Positions 53,884 through 62,989 of a stretch of 64,000 nt of DNA are shown in pieces. The position numbers were made by a program, and so were the translations under genes. Source of the stretch: Candidatus Peribacteria bacterium (GTDB taxonomy: Bacteria; Patescibacteriota; Gracilibacteria; UBA1369; 2-02-FULL-48-14); contig CALRGE010000001.1 in NCBI GenBank assembly GCA_943357175.1, positions 65,232 through 129,231 on the forward strand, in the 5' to 3' direction. Within the stretch, counting starts at the first letter, position 1. Each line of letters opens with the position of its first letter. The notes below the pieces were generated by a model. It saw only the letters and a list, made by a program, of their open reading frames with translations. It ran no database searches and was not told the origin of the DNA.

Positions 53884-54690
53884 ATGACAAATAATGTATT
53901 CGGAAATATCAAAAAATTAAATAAATATGGGTCGGAGTACTGGAGTGCGAGGGATTTAATGCTGCCTCTTGGTTATGTTGGATGGCGAAACTTTGAAAGT
54001 GCAATAGAGAAAGCTATGCAAGCATGTAGCAATAGTGGGCAGGTGGTTTTGGATCATTTTGTCGGCGTCAACAAAATGATAAAAATCGCTACAGCAACGG
54101 AAAAAGAGACTGAGAGGTCAATTGATGATTATGACCTTTCTCGTTATGCATGTTATTTGATTGCACAGAATGGAGATCCGAGAAAAGAGGAGATTGCACT
54201 TGCGCAAACATACTTTGCGATTCAAACTCGTAAACAAGAGGTTCAGGAACAACTTATTGAAGATGGTAAGCGTATTTATTTGCGAAATGAAATGAAGATG
54301 CATAATAAAAATTTAGCAAAAGCCGCGAGTGAAGCCGGAGTGATAAATCATGCAAATTTTCAGGATTTTGGGTATATGGGTTTGTATTCTGGAATGCGTC
54401 AAAGAGATATTCATAAAAATAAAAAACTCGCAAAAAATGAGGGGATTTTAGATCATATGGGGAGTGAGGAATTGGCAGCGAATCTTTTTCGAGCAACTCA
54501 AACTGAGGCTAAATTAAAACGAGAAGTTGTTTTTGGACAAGATAAGGCAAATAAGACTCATTTCGAAGTTGGAAAAAAGGTCAGACAAACAATTCGGGAA
54601 CTTGGTGGCACTATGCCTGAAAAATTGCCTGTCGCGGAAAATATTACAAAATCTAAGATCAGGCTGAAGAAGGATGTGAGGCTGCTCTAA
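53884..54690 (+). CDS. dinD: DNA-damage-inducible protein D homologue
   Basis: Strong resemblance to E. coli DinD as I recall it: YWSARDL, LSRYACYLIAQNGDPRKEEIALAQTYFAIQTRKQE, ILDHMGSEELAANLFRATQTEAKLKRE, HFEVGKKVRQTIRELGGTMPEKLP. The start is taken at the internal ATG (MTNNVFG). The ORF track extends to 53773. Confidence 0.85.
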   Translation: MTNNVFGNIKKLNKYGSEYWSARDLMLPLGYVGWRNFESAIEKAMQACSNSGQVVLDHFVGVNKMIKIATATEKETERSIDDYDLSRYACYLIAQNGDPRKEEIALAQTYFAIQTRKQEVQEQLIEDGKRIYLRNEMKMHNKNLAKAASEAGVINHANFQDFGYMGLYSGMRQRDIHKNKKLAKNEGILDHMGSEELAANLFRATQTEAKLKREVVFGQDKANKTHFEVGKKVRQTIRELGGTMPEKLPVAENITKSKIRLKKDVRLL

Positions 54691-54776
54691 AATTGTTTTT
54701 AAAAGATTATTATTTGGTACTTTCTCTGTTTTATGTTATACTTATGCGATATTGCTTCATATAATCTATTTACTCT

Positions 54777-55166
54777 ATGTCGTTTGAATCATTACGTTAT
54801 CCAGATAAAAATGAAGTTCCAAGACCTGGATTATATCAAGTTAAAAATAATGATGAAGTTAATGGGAATGGTGGTTTAGCATTGCGAGATTATGATAGTA
54901 AAACAGGAGTTGGAAAGAAATCATTAGAAGATGTAGTTGTAAAAATTCCTGCAGGGACTGTATTGAATGTTGAAAAATTTGTGACTAGTCCATCCGGTAA
55001 ATATCTTGTTTGGGCTTTGGTATCCTATAAATATGAAAATAAAAACCGAGGAGATACTTATGAAATAAAGGGTTGTGTACCTCTAGAGTATATTGAAAAA
55101 TACAGTACAAAATCTGATTTGGCTGCATTGAGGCAAGAAATTGATTCAAAATCTCATGAAAAATAA
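54777..55166 (+). CDS. hypothetical small protein (possibly SH3-like beta fold)
   Basis: 129-aa ORF. Overlaps the next gene. Confidence 0.45.
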   Translation: MSFESLRYPDKNEVPRPGLYQVKNNDEVNGNGGLALRDYDSKTGVGKKSLEDVVVKIPAGTVLNVEKFVTSPSGKYLVWALVSYKYENKNRGDTYEIKGCVPLEYIEKYSTKSDLAALRQEIDSKSHEK

Positions 55167-56934
55167 TAAAGATGACCTAAGCGCTTTAGTGCCATCAAGT
55201 ACATCTGCTCCAATGCAAATTGCAGAGGTTGCTGAAATTATTGGTGGAAAAGATGAAAATTTTTTGAAGGAGGCTATGGAAGAGGCCGGGCGTCTCTATG
55301 CTGAATGGGAAGGTAAAGGAGATCAGATGAGAGCAGATGGCGTACAAGAAGTGCAAAGAGTCAGCAATCTTGATGCACAGTGGGAGCAAAGGAGAAGTGT
55401 TTTAAGTCAGGAAAATAATCAAATTTGGAATAGAGAAATTGAAAATCCATATGAGGAAATTAGAAAGTCATCTCAGAAAATTGGAGATGTGAGATGGAAA
55501 TTGCTGAATCATTTTTTTGCGGCATTGGATGATGGAAAAAGTTTGAGAGAGGCGATAGATTCTACTGCACCTAATAATAGAACTGTTAAAACTGTTTTGA
55601 GGGCTTTTTTCAAGCAAAATAATGCTGAGCACGCGAAGAATTTCTTTGATCATTATCAATTTGATACAGGTAATCTTAGTAACGATTTGCAAACTTTTTT
55701 TAGATTGTTTTTACGTGGGGGCTACCGTATTCATGAATCGAATGTTACAGGTTACCTAAGTTCTTCTAATGACTACAGTTCAAGGACTGGTTACTTGGGA
55801 TTAGAACAAAATATTCAATTCCCACTTTCTAGGTTTCTTAAATGTGTACCAAATTGGAAGGCAAATAAAGTTGATAATAAAGGTGGTAATTTGCAAATTT
55901 CCGAGACAGTTTATGATGAGAAAACATCGTCTGATGAATGGATTAATAATCTCGTTCAATTTTTACTTGTAGATCAAGTTGAGCAGGGAGGAGTAGGTGA
56001 TAGGAAAGTTGAAAATAAGGATGATTTTTTAAAGGAGCTCGTTAGATTTACTGAATATTTAGTTTCGACATATAAATATCGTAATGAAGAATCAAAATAT
56101 AAAAATGAGCGAAAGTCGAATGTCTCTATTTTGACTGAAGATCAGATCGCAGAAAAACTTAGAGATGCTGATGAGTTGAAAATGCAACTACCTTATCTAT
56201 ACGATAATAGTAAAGGACGAAAACTTAGAGATGATGATGATATACCCGTGACAGGTCAGACTAATGTAAGATCTTATTATTTCGCGGAACTTAAAAAAAA
56301 TGCGAAATTTCCGAGTCATGTCGCCTCTGAATTTGGAAAAGTAATCTTTCAAAAATGGAATGAAGGTGATGAAAAGGGAATTATTCAGCCGATAGCAAGA
56401 AGTATGGGCATTAATCATGGATATACGAAAGATTATTATGAGTTTATAAAACTTAGAGAACTTCGTGAAAAGAAGAAGTCTGCCTTTGTTAAGCATTTGC
56501 CAACTGTTGCACACCTCACGAATTTTACTGCTAAGGATAAGGCTCGTTTAGAGGAATTAGAGAAGAAATATGGAGGAAAACCTGACGAATATGCTGAAAA
56601 ACTTTATGATTTGTATAATTTAGCGATTTATTTTCATAAACTTGGTGAAACTTTGTATGATAAAGGGGCGAATGAGGCTCAGAAAAAAGCCGGTCTTGAA
56701 AAAATGCTTTTTGCTGCTGGGTTGACGCGTGTTCTTGAAACAATGCTTGCAACACTTGAGGTGAGATTGTCAGTTATGGAAGTTTCACGAGGTGTAGATA
56801 TTCCAGAATTTTTGCAATTTGCCGAGGCGCTTGAAGTCATGGCGAAAGATCCACTTTCAAGGCAAGTTGAAAAGGTTATTGATGATAGTATGAACAGGTT
56901 TAGAGCTGCAATTGAGACTACAAAAGCTGAGTAA
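55141..56934 (+). CDS. hypothetical large cytoplasmic protein (orphan)
   Basis: 597-aa ORF, helical and charged, with no motif recognised. An alternative start is the ATG at 55156. Confidence 0.55.
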   Translation: MIQNLMKNNKDDLSALVPSSTSAPMQIAEVAEIIGGKDENFLKEAMEEAGRLYAEWEGKGDQMRADGVQEVQRVSNLDAQWEQRRSVLSQENNQIWNREIENPYEEIRKSSQKIGDVRWKLLNHFFAALDDGKSLREAIDSTAPNNRTVKTVLRAFFKQNNAEHAKNFFDHYQFDTGNLSNDLQTFFRLFLRGGYRIHESNVTGYLSSSNDYSSRTGYLGLEQNIQFPLSRFLKCVPNWKANKVDNKGGNLQISETVYDEKTSSDEWINNLVQFLLVDQVEQGGVGDRKVENKDDFLKELVRFTEYLVSTYKYRNEESKYKNERKSNVSILTEDQIAEKLRDADELKMQLPYLYDNSKGRKLRDDDDIPVTGQTNVRSYYFAELKKNAKFPSHVASEFGKVIFQKWNEGDEKGIIQPIARSMGINHGYTKDYYEFIKLRELREKKKSAFVKHLPTVAHLTNFTAKDKARLEELEKKYGGKPDEYAEKLYDLYNLAIYFHKLGETLYDKGANEAQKKAGLEKMLFAAGLTRVLETMLATLEVRLSVMEVSRGVDIPEFLQFAEALEVMAKDPLSRQVEKVIDDSMNRFRAAIETTKAE

Positions 56935-57811
56935 TTGCAGTCAAATTTACAATATCCTCGATTGAACAGCCACGAGAAACTTCGTTGAGTGGTTTTGAAA
57001 GTCCCTGCAAAATTGGGCCGACTGCTTTTGCGCCAGCAAGGCGTTCAACCAGTTTATAGCCAATATTTCCGGCTTCCAGGTTTGGGAAAATCAGCACGTT
57101 GGCGTGGCCAGCAATTTTAGAGCCTGGATCTTTCAGCTCAGCAATGCTGTCGATTAGCGCGGCATCAACCTGCATTTCACCGTCAATTTCGAGGTCTGGC
57201 CTCATGGTTTTGGCGATTTTGGCTGCTTCTCTCATTTTTATTGCATGAGGATCATTTGATGAGCCGGCTGTTGAAAATGAGAGCATTGCCACTTTTGGAT
57301 CGATGCCAAATTTTTTTGCTGAATCTGCCGTGTCGATGGCGATTTCGGCTAACTGTTGAGCAGTAGGGTCAATATTCACCGCGCAGTCCGCAAAAAGTAA
57401 AATACCGCCGTTTGCTGCATCTTCATCTACTGTTTTTGGCAAAACCATAAAAAAGAAAGCTGAAACATGCTGTGATTTTAAAATTTGTAGTGCTGGTAAA
57501 ATTCTTTCACGTGAAGTTCCGTTTGGTCCACAAATAACACTATCTACTTCGCCGGCTTCAAGCATCATTGTTGCGAAATAGTATGGATCTTTCAGCTTTT
57601 CTTCAGCTTCTTGTAAGCTGATGCCGCGAATTTCCGCGAGTCTGGCGGAATATTTTTTTGGATCGATAACAGGTTCAACTGGAATCGCAATTCCTTCAGA
57701 TTTGATTTGTGCAATTGCTGCGGCAACTCGAGCTTCAGCAAAATCAGGAAAAGCTATTTTCTTTGGATTTTTCTTGGCTTCTGTTTTGATTGTTTGGAGG
57801 AAGTTTTCCAT
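56918..57811 (-). CDS. pta: phosphate acetyltransferase (PTA_PTB domain only)
   Basis: Contains KKIAFPDFAEARV, VDSVICGPNGTSRE, FADCAVNIDP and GPILQGLSKPLNEVSRGCSIEDIVN. Confidence 0.9.
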   Translation of the reverse strand: MENFLQTIKTEAKKNPKKIAFPDFAEARVAAAIAQIKSEGIAIPVEPVIDPKKYSARLAEIRGISLQEAEEKLKDPYYFATMMLEAGEVDSVICGPNGTSRERILPALQILKSQHVSAFFFMVLPKTVDEDAANGGILLFADCAVNIDPTAQQLAEIAIDTADSAKKFGIDPKVAMLSFSTAGSSNDPHAIKMREAAKIAKTMRPDLEIDGEMQVDAALIDSIAELKDPGSKIAGHANVLIFPNLEAGNIGYKLVERLAGAKAVGPILQGLSKPLNEVSRGCSIEDIVNLTAITQLL

Positions 57812-58071
57812 TATTCAACTTCGCTGGTAACAGCTTTGAGATCTGTGCTTGCTTGGCTAATTGAGTCTGCGGCTTTTGAAACGGAATCTGCTGCTGTTTT
57901 CACCTGTTGAGTTTTTACTTCTACAGTATGTTTAACCTCTAAAACTTCATTTTTTAAATTTTCAGCCGCTTCAACTGTTTCTTTTTTTGCGTCAAAAAAT
58001 CCATCCACAACTTCTTCCAGAGTGCATCCGGGCAGAATTAAAACCGCGAGGATGATCAAGAGTTTTTTCAT
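57811..58071 (-). CDS. small lipoprotein
   Basis: 86 aa. Lipobox LILPGC. 1-nt overlap with the pta start and 4-nt overlap with the upstream gene. Confidence 0.6.
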   Translation of the reverse strand: MKKLLIILAVLILPGCTLEEVVDGFFDAKKETVEAAENLKNEVLEVKHTVEVKTQQVKTAADSVSKAADSISQASTDLKAVTSEVE

Positions 58072-58430
58072 TGAGATTTTTTATCTTTGAAAAGTTTTGA
58101 GAAGTCACCGTCAAATTCTTTCAAATAATTGTGCATATCTAAAACTTCATTAGTTGAAATCTTGTTGCCACGTGGAGCAGAGCCAAGTCTTTCAACTTTT
58201 GAACTAATCATGTCATCAACATATGCGTTTCCTTCATGATCACAGTGAATGCAAACATCAATAACAGATTCGAGTTCGCAATTCATGCAGTATGCATAAA
58301 AGAAAGTTTGATCGCAGCTTAAATTGCCGATTAATTCGATGTCTTGATCTGTATAAGCACCCTTGCATTTCATGCAACGGATTTGCTTTTTGATCTGGCC
58401 GACGATGATTTTGATATCTTGAAAATTCAT
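58068..58430 (-). CDS. Cys-rich zinc-ribbon-like small protein
   Basis: 120 aa with CMKC, CMNC and CIHC pairs. Confidence 0.5.
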   Translation of the reverse strand: MNFQDIKIIVGQIKKQIRCMKCKGAYTDQDIELIGNLSCDQTFFYAYCMNCELESVIDVCIHCDHEGNAYVDDMISSKVERLGSAPRGNKISTNEVLDMHNYLKEFDGDFSKLFKDKKSQ

Positions 58431-58472
58431 AGTTCAATTATTAACCCTTCGAGTACTTTCTAGCAATAGTTT

Positions 58473-59129
58473 TTATTCGGATTTTGCGATTCCGGCTGCA
58501 GCAGTTTCTTCATCTTCGAAGTGCTCAGTGTTGTTAGCTACTTCTGTTGCAAGTACTTTTTCTGCCACACGTGCTCTAACGCCTCGTGCAAGTTGTTTAT
58601 TGAACTCTGAAGATGCAACGTAAGCAGTCATTGCTCCACTTATTACTTTGAGTTGAGGTAGAAAGAAGCCAGCAGCTTTAAGAACGAAACCGGCGGCTTT
58701 ATCTTTAAAACCTAGATCGTCTTCGATTTTTCTAATTTCTGCTTCTGGAAAAGGAAGCACTCCGTAATAAACAAGGCCTCTTTTTGTTGCTGCGCTCATG
58801 TTTTTCCAGATCTGATAGAAATTATATAATGGAATACTCTGTTTAATTCCATTCATTATCATTGAGTCATCAAGCATCATTGCATCTCTTTGCTCTTGTT
58901 TGCTTAGTTTGTTCCAAGCTGCAATCATTTCGATTGTATCTTTATCTGTTGTAATTCTTTTCAGAACTTGATCTGCAATAGGGTCAACCGCTTCTTTTAA
59001 GACAAGCTTTTTAGCAGCTTCAAAATCAACTTCAGGTGTTTTCTTTACATCTGATCCAGAATCTTTGTTGTCAGGAGCATGACTGCCTTCGTCATTGTCT
59101 GTACCGAGCTCAAGATCGTGATTTACCAT
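58473..59129 (-). CDS. hypothetical protein
   Basis: 218-aa ORF with an acidic N-terminus and one amphipathic/hydrophobic segment (GFVLKAAGFFLPQLKVISGAMTAYV). Confidence 0.5.
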   Translation of the reverse strand: MVNHDLELGTDNDEGSHAPDNKDSGSDVKKTPEVDFEAAKKLVLKEAVDPIADQVLKRITTDKDTIEMIAAWNKLSKQEQRDAMMLDDSMIMNGIKQSIPLYNFYQIWKNMSAATKRGLVYYGVLPFPEAEIRKIEDDLGFKDKAAGFVLKAAGFFLPQLKVISGAMTAYVASSEFNKQLARGVRARVAEKVLATEVANNTEHFEDEETAAAGIAKSE

Positions 59130-59197
59130 ATAATTTTTGGTTAAATTGGTATGTTTTAAAATAGGCCTAAACTAAGAAAAAGTCAAGAGCGGCGAAT

Positions 59198-60061
59198 TTA
59201 CTTTTTTAGTGCCTCGAGTTTATTGATGTAATCTGCTCTTTGTGGACTATCTATAGTTTTTAAGGACTGGAGTCCATCCATAATATCCTGTAATTCTTTA
59301 GTGAGTTTAAGGTAAAATTCAGGTTTAAATGTGTCTTTAATACTTTCTAGAAGTGGTTTTAGATATAATAATACAAACGACTCGTTATTTTTTATCCATA
59401 CATCGATATTTTCAGGAATATTTCCCTGCTCTTTTACTAAGTTGAAGCTGATTTTTAACCATTTATCATAGCCGTTTCGGAATGCGCCCACATCTGCTAA
59501 AGCTAGTAATCTCTCACTTGTTGTTTTTGGTGAATATTGACGTTTTAGTTTCTCCTGTAGTTCTAATGAATTTGGAAATGTCTTTTCAATTAGTGCTGCA
59601 CCTTGTCCAAAAGTTGTAGCCAAAATGTGACTTTCAATAAATTCCATGTCTTCTTGTTTTAATTCATCTTTGAGATCGTCTATTGCCAAAAGAGCAGACC
59701 ACTCCTCATTACTCATTCCGGCACCTTGCACGTTTGGGACAAGTTGTCTGTAATTTTTCCCTGCATGCTCGTCATCATGTCTAATTGCGGTTTCCACTAG
59801 AAGTTTTTTTTCTCTATCTGTAAATAAGTCTGGATTTGCCAAATTATCCAAGAATTTCTTCGTTCGATCAGCAACTTCTTCACAATGTTCTTCATTGTGA
59901 TATGAATTATTTAAAGCTGCTAACCTGTTTTTAAGCTTATTTCTTGTTGAGCTAATTGCTGCTGCCACATCTGTATTTTTTGGATTTGCCTCAGCCATAA
60001 GGCGTGTTCGAGCCTCTATATAGCTTATTTCCGGTTGAGATTCGATTAAGGCTTTTAACAT
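59198..60061 (-). CDS. hypothetical protein with a possible HD-type phosphohydrolase motif
   Basis: 287 aa. NEEHCEEVADRT ... ETAIRHDDEHAG (H...HD-like spacing). A weak call. Confidence 0.4.
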   Translation of the reverse strand: MLKALIESQPEISYIEARTRLMAEANPKNTDVAAAISSTRNKLKNRLAALNNSYHNEEHCEEVADRTKKFLDNLANPDLFTDREKKLLVETAIRHDDEHAGKNYRQLVPNVQGAGMSNEEWSALLAIDDLKDELKQEDMEFIESHILATTFGQGAALIEKTFPNSLELQEKLKRQYSPKTTSERLLALADVGAFRNGYDKWLKISFNLVKEQGNIPENIDVWIKNNESFVLLYLKPLLESIKDTFKPEFYLKLTKELQDIMDGLQSLKTIDSPQRADYINKLEALKK

Positions 60062-60172
60062 AGAAAATATTATGTGTTAATTGTATCAGATTTAGATCTT
60101 TATCTCAAGTTTCAAACCGTGAGGATTGACAGATTGCTAATTTATTGCTATTTAATAATATCTTGTATATTT

Positions 60173-60316
60173 ATGCCTGAATTTCAAAAATCATTTCAGA
60201 TCGATCCGGATGGGAAGCGTAATAAATATAGAGATTATGATGTGCATGTTTTTTGGAATGATTCTGATAAACTTGAAAAGCTCAGAACTCCGACTGAAGT
60301 TGATTCAGAGGTATAG
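60173..60316 (+). CDS. possible 47-aa small protein
   Basis: MPEFQKSFQIDPDGKRNKYRDYDVHVFWNDSDKLEKLRTPTEVDSEV. Preceded by TTGACA (60126-60131), a 17-nt spacer and TATTTA (60149-60154). The coding status is uncertain. Confidence 0.25.
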   Translation: MPEFQKSFQIDPDGKRNKYRDYDVHVFWNDSDKLEKLRTPTEVDSEV

Positions 60317-60344
60317 GGAACAAAGGGGAATCCGGAGAAATGTC

Positions 60345-60521
60345 TAATTATTCCTTTTTTGCTGCTGCTACAAAGCAGGCAATAGCAGGAATTATTGGTA
60401 ACCAGAAAAATGCCGTAAGTTCTGAGAGGTGGGTACTATCTAATCCAACTGCGAGCATTATTATAGAAGCAGCAATTGCTAGAACTCCTAGGACGTTTAA
60501 TAGTTTTTTGTGGTTTTTCAT
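60345..60521 (-). CDS. 58-aa two-helix membrane protein (not in the ORF track)
   Basis: Hand translation gives MKNHKKLLNVLGVLAIAASIIMLAVGLDSTHLSELTAFFWLPIIPAIACFVAAAKRNN. It starts 8 nt after the gltX stop on the same strand. Confidence 0.45.
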
Positions 60522-60529
60522 AAATGGTC

Positions 60530-61906
60530 TTAAGATTGTAAAAAGTTTAAAGCCGATTTAAGTCTCTTCAAGCTCTTTTCCTTTCCTAAAACCACCATTA
60601 ACTCAAACACGCCGGGAGAGAATTCCTCGTTTGAAAGGGCGACACGGAGTGGCCAGAGAACTTGTCCATTTTTAACGCCGAGTTTAGCAATCACGGCAGT
60701 TAGTGCTTCTTTAATTGAGTCTTCTGAGCTCCAGTCTTCCAAATTTTCGAGGGCTGGAATCGAGTTTTCAATTGCGAGGATTGCTGTGGCTTTGTCGACT
60801 TTCATTTTCTCATGATTGAAAAGTTGAAGGTTGTAGGCTAGTTCGTCTGATTTGAACATTTCAAGCATCACCGGTCCGTCTACTAAAGTTTTCATTCGGG
60901 TTTGAACGCAGGCGACGTATTTCAGATCTGGAGTCCAGTCTAGTGTCATCAACTCGAGAAGTTCGGCAGGAGTTTTTTTGCGGATATAGAGGCCGTTGAG
61001 CCAATCGAGTTTTTCAAGACCGAAAACGGCGCCGGCTTTTTGCACTTTTTCGAAGGAAAATTCAGCAATTAGCTCGTCGATCGTGTAGATTTCTTTTTCT
61101 CCGCCAGGGTTCCATCCAAGGAATGCAATGAAATTTATCATGGCTTCTTTTAGGTAGCCTTTTTTTATATAATCTTCAGCAGCAACATCACCCTGACGTT
61201 TCGAAAGTTTGGTTTTATCTGGATTTAAGAGGAGTGGTAGGTGTGCGAAAGAAGGGGCAGTCCAGCCGAAAGCTTTATAAAGCCAAAGGTGTTTTGGCGT
61301 GGAAGGAAGCCATTCCTCGCCACGAATCACGTGTGTGACTTCCATTTCGTGGTCGTCGACAACGTTTGCGAGGTGATAAGTTGGAAGTCCGTCGGATTTC
61401 ATGAGGACTTGATCATCGATGTCTTTCCCGTGAAAGCTCATTTCACCGCGAATTTCGTCGTGGAAGAGAACATTTTCATCAGGAATTAATTGGCGAATTA
61501 CGAAAGTCCCTTCCTGATCTTGATTATTTAAGCAAAGACGATCGTATTTTGGAGCCTGTTTTTTCTCAGCTTGGTCATTTCGCATTTTTTCGAGACGTTC
61601 CGGAGTGCAGTAGCATTTATAAGCATGGCCGTTTGCCAAAAGTTCTTCAACGTATTTTGTGTAAATTGTGGATCGATGAGACTGAAAGTATGGACCTTCA
61701 TCCCAGTCTAGACCAAAAAATTTCAGTGAGTTTTGTAGACTTTCGACAGATCCTTCAACATAGCGTTTTTGATCTGTGTCTTCAATTCTAAGCATGAAAA
61801 TGCCTTCGTGTCTTTTTGCGTAGAGATAAGAATAAAGCGCGGTACGGAGACTCCCTACGTGAAGTGAACCTGTTGGTGATGGTGCGAATCTTGTTTTTAC
61901 TTTCAT
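60530..61906 (-). CDS. gltX: glutamate--tRNA ligase
   Basis: RFAPSPTGSLHVGSLRTALY (HIGH-type motif) and KLSKRQG (KMSKS-type motif). Confidence 0.95.
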   Translation of the reverse strand: MKVKTRFAPSPTGSLHVGSLRTALYSYLYAKRHEGIFMLRIEDTDQKRYVEGSVESLQNSLKFFGLDWDEGPYFQSHRSTIYTKYVEELLANGHAYKCYCTPERLEKMRNDQAEKKQAPKYDRLCLNNQDQEGTFVIRQLIPDENVLFHDEIRGEMSFHGKDIDDQVLMKSDGLPTYHLANVVDDHEMEVTHVIRGEEWLPSTPKHLWLYKAFGWTAPSFAHLPLLLNPDKTKLSKRQGDVAAEDYIKKGYLKEAMINFIAFLGWNPGGEKEIYTIDELIAEFSFEKVQKAGAVFGLEKLDWLNGLYIRKKTPAELLELMTLDWTPDLKYVACVQTRMKTLVDGPVMLEMFKSDELAYNLQLFNHEKMKVDKATAILAIENSIPALENLEDWSSEDSIKEALTAVIAKLGVKNGQVLWPLRVALSNEEFSPGVFELMVVLGKEKSLKRLKSALNFLQS

Positions 61907-61918
61907 GTGCCTAGATTA

Positions 61919-62830
61919 TCAGGGAAGGCGCAAGCTTGCAACAATTGGATAGTGATCTGCTGATACGTCAGCTCCACGGTGAAAGTCTAGAGTTTCAATT
62001 TCTGGTGAACTTAGAACGTGGTCGATTGGGATTTTTAGAAAAGGAATATTTGCGTTCCATGTGTTGATTATTCCGAAGCCGAGTGCGGCGTCTTTTAACC
62101 CGGATTGACTTAGTAGATTGATAAAACTTGGGGACCAAGGGCTAGAATTAAAATCACCCATTACAGCCGTAGGCATTTTTTCCGAATTAATTTTGGCGAT
62201 TAGTTCTGTGAATTGCTGATTTCTGATTGCAGCTAAATCGCTTCTTGAAGGAGGAAAAGAGTGAACTCCGATTATGCGAAATGGAGAGCCGTTTACATTT
62301 AGAATTGCTTCTAATGCATCGTAGCCAGCTAATGTGAAAAATTTGTATTCCACAGGATATTTGCTGGCCATAACAATTCCGAATGGGCCATTTTTTTCTG
62401 AAATTGTTATGTATGGATAGTCTGCTTCAAACATCGCTTTCTCTTTACGCCAGGCGTAATCAGCTTCGAGGATCAGAACCGTATCAGGTTTTTCTTCAGC
62501 CACAACTTTTTTTATTGTTTCAAAATCAGTGTTTTCTACGAAAAAATTTGAGCTGAAAACTTTGATTGTTGGTCCGGTAGCTGCAGTGGTGCTAGGTGCT
62601 TGATAATAAGGCATGATCTGCGCCAGATGAATTGAGATTATTACTGTTGTGAGGAGCAAAGTTTTCCACATTTGCCGGCGCATCAACAGAAGGCCGAGAA
62701 TCGTCGAAGCCCAAAAAAAGTGAAGACTGTAATGAGTGAAAAGTTCAAATCCCCACCAGTAATCTGCGAGCGAGATGTAAACTTGGCCGAGGTAAAGAGC
62801 CGCGAGAGTAAAGTAGAGGAGTTTTTTCAT
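61919..62830 (-). CDS. endonuclease/exonuclease/phosphatase (EEP) family protein with N-terminal TM helices
   Basis: Contains GDFNSSPWS, IDHVLSS and the C-terminal SADHYPIVASLRL. Confidence 0.75.
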   Translation of the reverse strand: MKKLLYFTLAALYLGQVYISLADYWWGFELFTHYSLHFFWASTILGLLLMRRQMWKTLLLTTVIISIHLAQIMPYYQAPSTTAATGPTIKVFSSNFFVENTDFETIKKVVAEEKPDTVLILEADYAWRKEKAMFEADYPYITISEKNGPFGIVMASKYPVEYKFFTLAGYDALEAILNVNGSPFRIIGVHSFPPSRSDLAAIRNQQFTELIAKINSEKMPTAVMGDFNSSPWSPSFINLLSQSGLKDAALGFGIINTWNANIPFLKIPIDHVLSSPEIETLDFHRGADVSADHYPIVASLRLP

Positions 62831-62989
62831 ACCGACTTATTCTAATGAGTAAAGTTTGCAAGTCAACTGTCCCCGTGGTCAGTTTCTTATCTGTAAATCT
62901 ACCAGTGTCGGTAACTTTTAACCCGTAAAAGTTTTTCTTTCCTTCCAGGCAGTTTTCTTATAGGATACTTAGGCAATTAATTGATCGCT

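Noticed and set aside
60340-60561. 73-aa plus-strand ORF overlapping the gltX 3' end.
   Set aside because: The opposite strand encodes a cleaner 58-aa two-TM peptide directly downstream of gltX. The plus-strand product has no features and overlaps gltX.
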